Positions 1 to 12,100 of a stretch of DNA of 64,000 nt are shown piece after piece. Below the pieces are notes generated by a model. That model had not been told where the DNA came from, ran no database searches, and was given only the letters and a program-made list of their open reading frames with translations. Every line of letters starts with the position of its first letter. Within the stretch, counting starts at the first letter, position 1. The position numbers and the translations under genes are program-made. The DNA is from Glaucostegus cemiculus (Eukaryota): positions 2,666,001 through 2,730,000 of the forward strand of contig CDPCPM010000211.1 in assembly GCA_976551045.1 (NCBI GenBank), read 5' to 3'.

Positions 1-61
1 TCTCACTCACTCTGAATAAACTCCCTCAGTTCAGGAGCTGACTCTCTGATTGTTATTTCAG

Positions 62-138
62 TTACGGTGGACAGAAGATTCCTGAGACTGTCGTCCCAGA
101 AGGTCGCTGCTCTGGAAAGAGACAAGGCTGGTTAGACG
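62..138 (+). CDS. D8C copy 1, middle exon (YGGQKIPETVVPEGRCSGKRQGWLD-G)
   Basis: ttatttcAG acceptor, GTAAG donor; 77 nt, the same length as paralogous exon 9310-9386. Confidence 0.85.
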
Positions 139-3100
139 GTAAGTCAGAGTTTAGAACAGTGTAGTTCAGTTATTTTTTTGATGGTCAGTTGGACAACCCA
201 GATATCTTCAGAGGGCCCCTTAACGTGGACACCGAGCCCAAACTCCCTGAGAAGTTCTCCCCACAAATCCCTCAAACCATGCTCCAGCCCTGATCCTCAT
301 GGAGTCTGGCGGTGGAATGTGGATGTCAACATTCGGGAAGTTTCCCGGCAGTAGTGCTGTGGATCCACCTGCCAACCCCCTCCAGATTAGACCTGGTAAA
401 GTTCCAGTGGCTCCATTCGTTGCATTGGAGGGCTCGCTCCCAGGAAGCTGGTGTCTCAGCGCATTCACTGTTCATGATGTAATCGGGCTGCATTAAAGGG
501 ATGCAGTCTTTTGTTCAAGTTGTATGAATTAATCATTTTATTTGTATTATTTTTATTTAATTTGAAATGTGCTTTCTATTTCTTGCGTTGCCATTAGTTT
601 TAATATTAAATGTATATTTCAATTGCTTGACTATGTCCATTTTCATTAATTTTAACATTTTTCTTTATTTTCTAAACATATACCAGAATCAGATTTATTA
701 TCGCTAACTTGTATGTCGCAAAATTTGTTGATTTGCGACAGCATTACAGTACAAAGACACAAAATTACTGTAAATTACAAAGTAAAATAAGTAGTGCAAA
801 AACAAAGAATAACAAAGTAGTGTTCATGCGTTTATGGACCATTCAGAAATCTGATGACAGAATGGAAGAATCTGTCCATGAATCATTCCATGTGGATCTT
901 TAGGCTCTAGTACCACCGCCCCAATGGCAGTAAGTCCCAGGTGGTGAGGGTCCTCAGTGATAGATACCACCTTTTAAGCCACTGTCTCTTGAACATGTCT
1001 TCAATAGTGGGGAGGGTTTTGCCCGTGATGGAACTGGCTGATTCTACAACCCTCTGCGGCTTCTTGCGATCCTGTGCATTGGAGCCTTCATCCCACACTG
1101 TGATGCAACCAGTCAGAACGCTCTTCACTGCACATCTATGGAAATTTACAAGTGTTTGGTGACAGACCAAATCTCTTCAAACTCCAAATGAAGTAGATCC
1201 GTGGGCATGCCTTCAGAATCAGTTTTATTTTCACTGAGATATGTAGTGAAATGTGTTGTTCTGTGGCAGTAGTACAGTGCAAAACATAAGAATTACAATA
1301 AATTACATAAATAAATAAATATTGCAGAGGGAGAGTAATGAGGTCGTGTTCATGGAACATTCAGAAATCTGACAGAAGAAGGGAAAAGAGTTGTGCTTGT
1401 GATGGAGCTGGCTGAGTCTACACCCCTCTGCATCAATGTGTTGGGCCCAGGAGAGATCTTCTGAGGTGTTGCTCAGAGGATCTCCAGGAACTTGAAGCTG
1501 CTCACGATTTCCATTGCCGACCCCTCCGGAAGTTAACAATCAATTCCTTGGTCTTGCTGATATTGAGTTCAAGTTACTGTTGCAACACCACTCAATTAAT
1601 CGATCTATCTCACTCCTGTAGGCCTCTTTGTCACCATCTGATATCCTGCCAACAGTGCTGTCAAGGTGAACTTCTAGATGGCAGTTGAGCTGTGCCAAGC
1701 CACACAGTCATGACTGTGGATGAAAGTGGAGCAGTGGGATAAGAGCACATCCTTGAGAAGCGCCTGTGCTCATTGTCAGTGAGGAGGAGATGTTACTGAT
1801 CTGCACTGACTGTGGTCTCCTGATGAGGAAGATGAGGTTCCATTTGCAGGCGGAGGTCCATAGGCCCAGGGTTTGAAGTTTATTGATTAACACTGAGGGG
1901 ATGATGGCATATATTCTGTGTTATATGCAGTTAGTACAATTAGGAATGTCGTTATCAACATTCATTGTATTCATCAATTCAATCCTTCCCCTTACGATGT
2001 ATCAACATCCTCAACATTTCAACACTGTATCAGAGAAACATTTGAAAGGATGTTACACAGGGCCCAGTTCCTCAGTATCCAGTGGTGGCAAAACCTTCAC
2101 GGCTGCACCACGATGTTTCGAGGATGTTTTAAGGGCTCCTCGATATCTGAATATCAGTGAATCCTGATGGTTTCCGATTTTCTTTTCTACTCAGCCTGGG
2201 GAATGTCTTCACTCACTGTCAGAGCAAACCTGGAGAGGCACAAGGCCTTAGCAACTGGAGCTAGCCTCAGGGAGTCAATTCAATTAACGCAGTTAATTTT
2301 AATAAGCATTGACGATATCCTAAACCTGTGAATGGCTCTCAGTATTGAGAAACAAAGTTTATGGAAATAGTTACGGGTGTTTGGCCTGGAGGTGCATCTT
2401 CACCAGTTGTCTGATGTACATCAGGGGTTAGGCTTGGGTTCCCTGTCCAAAGCCTGGACCCACAGGGCCTCATCAGTGTGTGGATTGAGGAGAGGAAGAC
2501 AGCATCTCATCAGAGACTGAGGCCAGACTGGATGCTGGGTTGTGCACCACTGCTTTACAGTGGCCCAGTACCGCATTCCCTGTCGGACCAGATACAAATT
2601 CCTATGTTTATAAACCTTATCCCAGGTGCCCATCCCACCACAACAGAGGGCGAGGTAACGAGGAGAGTTTATTTCATTGGGAATGAAAACAACAAGAATG
2701 GATGGAACTGGAATGGAAACGACATTTACCATGAGAACCTGGATATTAAGATCAAAAATTGCACTGATTACTTTGTGTATCAGCTGAAGCCGACCCCCAG
2801 TGATGGCGCTGTGTACTGTACAGGTATGTCACCGTTCTCATTAACACAGAGGGGTAAAGAGTTGTGGGGAAGCTTTGGGAGGTCCCGAGTCATCAGTACA
2901 CACAATGTACCCTGCTGCTTGGTTCGCCCTCACCCCGATCTGAACCTAGCTGCAGGCCTTTGTGTTTGTAAATGTGAATCTATCCTTACAATTTCGCCTG
3001 TATTGGCCTGCCCTAATTTATACAGGTCAGTCTCCTTTGTTTAAATATAACAGCTCCAAGCAAGAGAGTTTCTCCCTCAACCAAAATTGTCCGGTCTGAG

Positions 3101-6100
3101 CCGCTTCCTTGTACATGTCTCCTGCAGCTTGTATTGTACCATCACATCCTTCTTGTGGTGTTGTGACCAGAACTGTGCACAGACTCGTGATGTGTACAGT
3201 TCCAACATGAATACCCGGCTCCTGCACTTTGTGTATGTCTTACTTATTGGACACTGCTCCCCAATTGAGATAAAGCCAGTCCCCACCGTTCTATCCCAAA
3301 AATCCCATTCCTCCTAATTTATTTTGCTGTAGCCATGAAACTTCTTAATTCTCGTAAATTCCCAACAACTTTCCTGTATTGTTTTACAATCAACATATAT
3401 TGATGAGTAATTTACAGTATCTAATTAACCTGTTTACAATTCATTGGGATGTTAGACGAAACAAGAGCACAGGTTGATTGGGAGGGGTGGTTGAGGGGGT
3501 GAAAAACAGGCCATCGAGCAGAGAATACGCAACCTGTACGCTGCCCACAGCCGAGGTGAGGATTATATAATTTCCTGGAGATTTTACAGAGTCACACTAA
3601 GTACTGTATCACCGTGCCATGGCCAGTAGTTGTCTTAACTAAGTTATCCACCTCCTGCTGCTACCATCAGTGACGAATCGACATGCTCGCCAAGATCCCT
3701 CTGTCCCTCTACACTTGCCGTGCTAGAGTTATTCTGTGTTGCCTGACCTTGTATGACCTCCCTGTGTTCATTTCATTGACTTTTTCAGAAATAATTCCAT
3801 TTGCTGCTTTTGTTTATATCTACCAAGTCCGCGGAATCTTCCTTGTAGATATTTCTTCCTGGAAACAAATAATGTTGGAGTCATTAGGAAGCCTTTTAGA
3901 TGCATATTCTACCTTAAATTCGAGATCTTTTGCATATTGCATGAAAAGTAAAGGGCCAACTACTGACCCCTGCAGAACATCACCTGACAAATCCCTTAAT
4001 TCACTGACATTCTTGACAAACTTGATTTTTTTTCAACTAGGAGTAGGTTTGAATCTCAAGCCATTTTCCCTTGAATACCGTGGGACCTCAGACTTCTTGA
4101 TCAATCCATCGTATGGCCAGACTCTGTGTGTACTGTATCAAGTTCGCTGCGCTCATCAACCGTCCTCATTGCCTCTTCAAAAGCTTCAATTAACTTTATG
4201 AAAGATAACCTCTCTTCACAGAACTGTGCTGAGTGCAGTTGATTAACCTACACCCCTCTAACAGAGGCACTTCAAACAATTTCCAACAGTTTACCTGAAA
4301 CCAGTGTCTGACTGGCAGAACTCTCGTCACCTGATCTGAACTGCTCCAATGTTCCAATGACAATATCACAACAGTGAACTCCCAGTCCTCTTGTGTCACA
4401 CGAGCATACAAGGAGCACCTGAAATAGAACTTGCCGCATAAAATCCCTTTAAGGGACAGGGTATCCAATGTAAAGATGCTGAAACTTGATGTATCCTCAC
4501 TTTAATTATGGCATAAATGCTAGAACAACTCAGCAGATGAAGTGGCAACTTGGGGGGAGATAGAGATAGAATTTCAGGCTGAAGATCCTTTGTCAGTTTT
4601 ATTGTAACTTTAAATCCTGAGAGCCAATATCGTCCACATCACACATGAAGACAGATGCAAACAGGTGGCTGGCATCTCTGCAAGTGTCTTTCCCTCCACT
4701 GATGGTCGCTAACAGGACCCAATTTCATTACCAATCCAACATCAGAAGGTGCATTTCATTTCAGCTGGAATATGTTTTAATGCAAGCGTTGTCTTTGCAA
4801 TTTCATTTTTAGTCTCACTCCTGCATCTTTTGCACCCATTCAGATTTTCTGCAGTTATCAGCTTTCGGTGATTGAACTTGGCTTCTTCTTCTTGGTGCGG
4901 CAACTTCTCTGCCCATGGCCAATACAAATTTAGAGAGTTGTGGACACAGCACCGTACATCAGAGAAACCATCTTCCCCTCCATGGACTCTTTCTATGCTT
5001 CCTGCTGCCTCAGTAAAACAGCCAGCAGAAGTAGAGACCTCACCCATCCCGGACATTCTCTCTTCTCCCCTCTCCCATCAGGTCAAAAATACAAAAGCCT
5101 GAAAGCAAGTGATACCAGACTCAAGAACATCTTTTACCCTGGATCACTCACTGGATTCAGTCCAGTTTTGTTAAATTCAGCCCAGTCAGTCTAGTCTATA
5201 TCTAGTTTAAATTTTCATTTGTTGGTTTAACACAGCCTCTGCACACTATCTCACTACCAACGTTTTCTATTTTGCTTGGTTCATCTAAGTGTGTCCAGAA
5301 CGACCACTTTTCTTGTTGGGCTTGCTACTTGCTGATCAAAGACTGCGCTCTCGATTGCATTTCCAAGATTCAGCTCCTTCTATGCCTTCCCACTGGACCT
5401 GTCCCAATTAGTGACAGAGTGGTGGAAATCCCCAGCCATCATTAGCATGGTACCTTTACACAACTCAGATATTTGTCGGCATGTTTACACTTCTGCTTCC
5501 CTCTGATGATTTAGGGGCTGTGCTACTCAACACCGCTGTTCTACCTCAGTCTAACACACATGGCCTCTTTGGTTCATTATAATTATACACCCTACAGCAG
5601 ATATTGATCAGCGTAACCTATTCTCGTGTGCCAGCACTTGGTTTGTAACCTGCAATGCCCTGCAAGTTTAATGCTTATCTCGTCCTTAAATTTGCTAGGA
5701 GTTCCTGTCTCCACCACCTACTTGGACAGTGTGTTCCAGATTGCAACTACCCACTGGGTGAAAAGATTCTCCTTAGATCACCTCTGAAGCTCGTACTTCT
5801 CAACTGAAACCTAAGTCCTCTGGTCTTAGACACTTCTGCAATGGGAGAAAAGCTTTCCAATACCTTATATATGAACCTCATAATGTTGTCTCCCTCCATT
5901 AGACATTTCTTCCATGGAAATGAAGCCCAGCCTTTCCAGTCGCTCCTCGTAACAGACACATTCCATTCCAGGCATCACACTGGTGAATCTCCTCTCCAGC
6001 TTTGTCTGGGAAATTATTGGGTGTGAAGGACTGGGGCTGCAGCAGGATCCTGGTGCAGTTCTCTCACCATCAATTCTGGTTTCTTCTTCCCAGCTAATTT

Positions 6101-9100
6101 GAGGGTAATTATGGTGTTCCCACTGTGCCAGAGCAGCATTTCATAGTGCAGAACTGTGAAGTAACCAAGAATCCTGTCATATTAACTCATAATATAACAA
6201 CTGACTCGCAGCAGCATCGCAGGCACATAGCATCATACAAGCAGCATTTACAAGAAAAACATAAAAATGTATTAAACACAGTTTTTAAAAGAAAGAACAT
6301 AATCAGAAGGAAAAAAGGAAAAGTCGATTTTCGTGAAAAATGATTCCAGCCTTTGCTTCTACCACATCCAAAAAGCTCGTATCCACTGGAGCCTCTCTCC
6401 ATTCTGACGCAGCTGTCAGCTTTGCTCTGTTTCACCTCACTGTGGCTACCACCACTTCAGAGACCCCAGCAGAAAATTCAGGCTAATTCCCAGTGCAGTG
6501 CTCAAGAGGTGCTACCAGGGTTTCTCTGTGAAACAGAATCCCTGTCTGTTCTGCAGGAAGTCTGAGTGAGTTTTCTGTGTGCTGATGCCTGGCTAAGTTC
6601 ATTAGAACACGTCATTTGGCAACTGGTTTCCTGTTGTGTGAACTGGTACTACAGAATTCAATTTATGCATTCCCTGCTTAACATCAGAGTCCATTTTTCC
6701 AGTGCATATCATTAACATGCACAACACGTTCAGAGATTTTAGGTAAGTGCCCTTAAATTGAAACTCTAAGTTGCTCTCTCTCTCTTTTTCTCTGCACAAA
6801 TGCTGCCTAACCTGCTGTGTGTTTCCAGCATTTCTATCTTCATTTCTAACATTTGCACTTTTAAAAATCTTCAATATAACTGCAACCGATTCTGTAGCAG
6901 ATCGATTTGTGTTCCATCTGGTTTCCATCCCGACCTGTGTGGATTATCCATGTTCTCCGTGTCACTGCGTGTGTGTGTGTGCCCCACACACTTGGTTCCT
7001 GGCCATGTCCCAAAGAAGTGCATCGATAAATTGACTGCAGTAAATTAACCATCAAATGTACACTAGTGGCAAAAGTAATCGAGTGAGAGTGGACAGGTTG
7101 AAACAAAGCAACAGAATCCTCTTCGAAATGCACGTGAGTGAATAGGATGTAGATGTGGAACCAGTGATCAGTAAGTTTGCAGATGACACGAAGATTCTTG
7201 GAGTCCTTGACGATATGGAAAGTAGCCAGCCTGCAGAGAGACGCACACAAAATGCTGGAGGAACTCAGCTGGTCAGACAGCACTTGAGGAGAGAAATAAA
7301 CGATAAGCTGACTTCTGCCCTTTTCATTTGCAGTCCTGATGAAGAGTCTGGACACAAAACGTCGACATGTTTGTTTCCCTACTTCAGTGCTGCCTGACCT
7401 GCTGAGTCCCTCCAGCATTGTGTGTGTGTTGCTCCAGATTACAGCATCTGATGAATCTCTTGTGTCTCCAGAATACAGGGAGATATCGATCTGTTGGTGA
7501 ATTTGGTTGAGAAATGGCAGATACAGTTTAATCGAGATAAATGAGTATGAAGATTTGGTGTATTAATAAGGCTGATACATAGGTCATGAACGATGGGGTC
7601 TGAAGGAAATTTGAGGAACAGAGGGAGATAGTCTTTGAAGGTGGCTGGTCAGCTAGTTAGTCAGGGCACTGAATACAGAACTTTATGAAAGCTTGTTCAA
7701 ACCTCAGCTGAAGTACTGTGTACAATTGTGGTCACCACACTTTGGGAAGGATGTGATGGCGCTGCAGAGGCAATTCAGCAGGATGTCACCTGTGGTAAAT
7801 CCGGGCTCGTAGCTACATGGATGGGAGAGGTCTGGAGGGTTATGGACTGGGTGCAGTTCAATAGGACAAGCGGAATAATGTTTCGGCACAGACTAGAAGG
7901 GCCGAATTACCTGTTTTCCGTGCTGTAGTGTTGTATGCGTCTATGGGATGGGTTGTGCCAGTTATGGGGAGAGTACTGAGATGTTCGGTCTGCTCTCACT
8001 GGAGCGGTGGAGGTTCAGAAGGGCTATAATCAAGATATATAAATTGATAAGGGGTACAAACAAGGTGGACTGCAGGAAACCTTTCCATAAGTGTTGAATT
8101 AAGAAGACATTAGGAGGGCATGCGACAGTCACCCCGAGAGTGGTAAATTCCTGGTATGTACTGCCTCAGTGAGTGGTTGAAGCTGGGCTGCTGGCTGCAA
8201 TTAAATGTTTAGCTCAGCACTTAAATCATTTAGGCAAGGAGGACTATGGACGAGGCAGAGATGGAATTGGTAGGAAGTGGTGCCCAATGTTCAACATGCA
8301 CGAGTTGGACTGAATGACCTCTTTCTATGCCACATGATTACACGATTTTATCAACACGGAACAAAGGAGAGCTGGAAGAATGAAACGGATTGAGTGTTCA
8401 TGTGTGCGAGGTTCTTGTATTTCAGAGAGTACAGATGAGCTCAGTGGAGGTGGGAGCGGTGACAAGAGGCTGGTTGACTTTGGCTGAACGACATTAACAC
8501 TGAACATCATTTTGTACCTCAGCCGCAGACTCTGCACTCAGTGATCCGTGTGTAACCCACGCCGTCCTGGATCAGCACTGGAGGAGCACGGATTGTTCCA
8601 ACACTGGGTGCACAGGCGGTCAATCCATGCAAGATGAAAGTCGGACAGAAGGATGGTACAGATTTAAGAGGTACGTGAGACGGCAATTCCAGTGATATTA
8701 GTCAATGATGCAACAGATATCTAGGGGAATAAGGGGAATGACAAGGGAAGATGTGGGGAGACAGGAGTCATCAATGACAGTAATTGGACAGGAAGTGGGT
8801 TCAGGGAGACTGGGATCATCAGTCACAGTGATGGGACATGGAGTGGCTACAAGGAGACTGGGATCATCAGTCACAGTGATGGGACATGGAGTGGGTACAG
8901 GGAGACTGGGATCATCAGTCACAGTGATGGGACAAGGAGTGGGTACAGGGAGACTGGGATCATCAGTCACAGTGATGGGAGTGGGTGCAGGGAGACTGGG
9001 ATCATCAGTCACAGTGATGGGACAGGGAGTGGGTGCAGGGAGACTGGGATCATCAGTCACAGTGATGGGACAGTGAGTGGGTACAGGGAGACTGGGATCA

Positions 9101-12100
9101 TCAGTCACAGTGATGGAGCTGGTTGCTAATATAGAAGGGGGAAACTCACAGTCCGTACATAGAAGATGAGATTCTTATGATAGAGGATAAATTGGGACAC
9201 CTAAGATTGGGGGAATATTGAGCAAATGGAATGGGCCCTAATTTCCTTTCTTTCTCTCAGTGAATTAAAGTCCTCAATTCAGAGGCTGATTCATCAGTTT
9301 TTCTTTCAGCTCCGGTGGATGGAGGATCCCCGAGACGAGCGTTCCAGTGTATCACTGCTCCGGGCTGAGTCCAGGCTGGTTAAACGGTAGGGTCAGAGAT
9401 TACAAAGCTGGGGCTTGGTTACCTTACTAGGAAGATCAGACTAATGACTCATTTCTTCAGAGGTCGCCTCACACAGACACGGAGCCCATACTCCCTGAGA
9501 AATGTTCCCACAGTCACTCAAACCATACTGTAGCCCTGGATCCTCATGGAGTCTGACAGTGGAATGTCATCTTCCTGCAATTCCCTGGTGGTTGCGCCAT
9601 GGATCCGCCCGCTGATCCCTCTCAAGACTGGAACAATACAGTTCCAGCAGTTCCACTTATTTCAGTAGAGGAGCAGATACCAGGGAACTGTGCACGTCTC
9701 AGGGCACACAGGGTTCAGGAGTTAATTAATAAATGAATATAATTTTGAACAGAAGTAATTAATGTTTAAATTTAAGACTCTTCTTTGTTGTCATGTTGCA
9801 ATTATTTTAACTTACATTTTCTGTAAGGTCTGAATATTTTTATGTTTAAAATCGTGATTATTACCGTTTTGAATATTTTCAAAGCGTGCAAATGTCTGAA
9901 TATCCTTGGAGATATTTATCATTGTGTCTGCATGCGCTTGGCTTCACCAGCGTTGAAGCACATGGTGGGCAGGGCTTGTGTTTCAGGTCCAAATCCAGGG
10001 AGCCACAAGGCCCCGCCAACAGGAGCTGGCCTTGGGAACCAGGTACACTGCCTGGAGTGTGGAGTGGGGAGGGTGAGGGCAGCAGCTCACCACTGACTGA
10101 GGCGAGATGGGACCGTGGGCTGTGAACCACCGCTCCACAATTTGTCCAGATTCATATTCCCCGCTCTACTGTAGGACTGGCTACATTTCATCGTGTTTAT
10201 AAACCTCATTCTAGGTCTCCATCCCAGTGTGGGAGAGGGAGAGGTGACCAGGACCGTCTGCTTCACCTGGGATGGACAGAGCTGCCACAGAAACCGGGAG
10301 ATCAAGGTCAAAAATTGCGGCGCTTACTTTGTGTATTGGCTGAAGCCGACAACCTGCTGTAACATGGTTTATTGTACAGGTAGGTCACCATTCCCCATTA
10401 AGGTGTCGGATGTTGTTGGGAAATTCTGAGACATCCCAAATGATAAAACACACAATGGCCTGAATATTCCAGCCCGCTGCCCCTCCCGTGGTCACTGATC
10501 ACCTCATTCAGTTCCGCATGTCCCAGGTCTGAGCAGCCATTTCAGAGCCTCATTTTCCAGGTCTGATCTGTAACGCATGATCCCACCCTGTGACCGACTT
10601 GTGAGCCCTCCACGGTCAGAGCCACACGATACCAAGCACCAAGCTGAGCCACCCTCGCCCACCCCCTCGTGGGCTGAATGTTCTGTCCACAGTGAGTGGA
10701 AAATTGCTTCCAGCCATGACGTCAGCTGCCCACCCCCTGCTCTCCTGGGACTAAGTAATCATCTCCTCCCCGTCCATAGGACTGAGCCGTCCCACTCCTC
10801 CCTACCTGGTGACAGCCATCACCCACTTTCCTCCATCCTGTACCGAGCCCTTCCACCCCAGAAGGAGACATCCCCTCCACCCTCTCACCCTGAGCTGAAA
10901 AGGCCAGTCACTCTCTCCCCTCTGCCAGGCACCAATGTAGCAAGTTACCCAAATATTTTTGGGATGTGAAAGGAAACCAAAGAACCCAGATGAAACACGT
11001 GATCACTGGAAGAATGTGCATCTTCTGACCAGACATCATCACAAATCGGGACTGAATCCAGGGAGCTGGAGCTGTGAGGCAGTAACTCTGCTGTCCAAGG
11101 TCTAAAGGAGATTCTCTGCGCTAATACCTGGGATGAGAGGATTGTCCTTTTAAAAGAGGACAAACAGTTTGATTCTGTATTCCTTTCAGTTTAGAAGCAA
11201 GAGGTAACGTTATTCACACACTTAAGGCCTCAACAGGACATGATAGATTAGATGCTGAGATGTTCTCACCCATGGAAGAGTGTCAAACATTGGACATAGT
11301 TACAAAAAATAAGATCTGATACTTAAAACTATTTGTAGTAATTTCTTCTCAGATGGTAGTGACTATCTGGAATTTATTGTCCACCAGGGTGGCGGAGGCC
11401 AGATCATTAGAGATATTTGAAATGGGGATAGGTACATGTTTGAAAGATGGAGGAACTGAGATTTATAGGAAACCGGTACAGAAGTTCTGTGGCCAGCATA
11501 AATTATCTGTGATCAGCTTCAGGGGACCAGTCGTCTGCTCCTTACTCCTTGTGATCTGGCGCTGTCTGTGACAGTGTGAAACTGGAGTTAGGTTGTGGGA
11601 CGAAAGGTTTCCTCCCTTAGGGGCATCACAGAACCAAAGGTCTTCACAGATCCGCCTGAGGGGCACAGATGGAATGAGGAGGGGCCGTGTTGGTGGGACG
11701 GAGATAGTGATGAAGAGATAATGAAGACTATTGAAAGAGCAGTGCTGTTCATGCTGCCTACGATAATCCACTCTGCCCAAACTATCTCAGCTCCCCTTTT
11801 TCCCTTCTGATTTCATGGGGTATGCTCCTGTATCCCTTGTGCTCCAGGGGTTCACTTGATCCCTGCTGCCTGTACCTGACCTATGCCCGCTCCTTTTCCC
11901 GGATCTGAGTCTCAATATCCCTCGTCATCCAATGTTGAATCAGAAATGCAACTCCCACTCCACACTTTACTCCACCTCCATCCTGCCTATGGCACTTGTA
12001 CTCTGGAACATTTACCCGTCAGTCTTATCTTCCTGAGCCATGTTTCCGTTATGGCTGTAATATACCAGCCCCACATAGCTATCCATGTCCTGAGTTGATC

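Noticed and set aside
4613-4664. Possible DPES... linker exon after D8C copy 1
   Set aside because: No AG at the expected acceptor and an in-frame TGA.
8698-9108. 136-aa and 123-aa repetitive ORFs (TDDPSLPVPTPCPITV)n
   Set aside because: Open frames arise from a 48-bp minisatellite inside a defined intron (8671-9309).
8745-9117. CRISPR-like appearance of regular repeats (also 58460-59825)
   Set aside because: Units are tandem with no unique spacers, there are no cas genes, and the context is vertebrate.
11650-11810. Possible alternative terminal exon starting DPPEGH... after D8C copy 2
   Set aside because: Weak polypyrimidine tract, embedded among repeat fragments, and no homology support.
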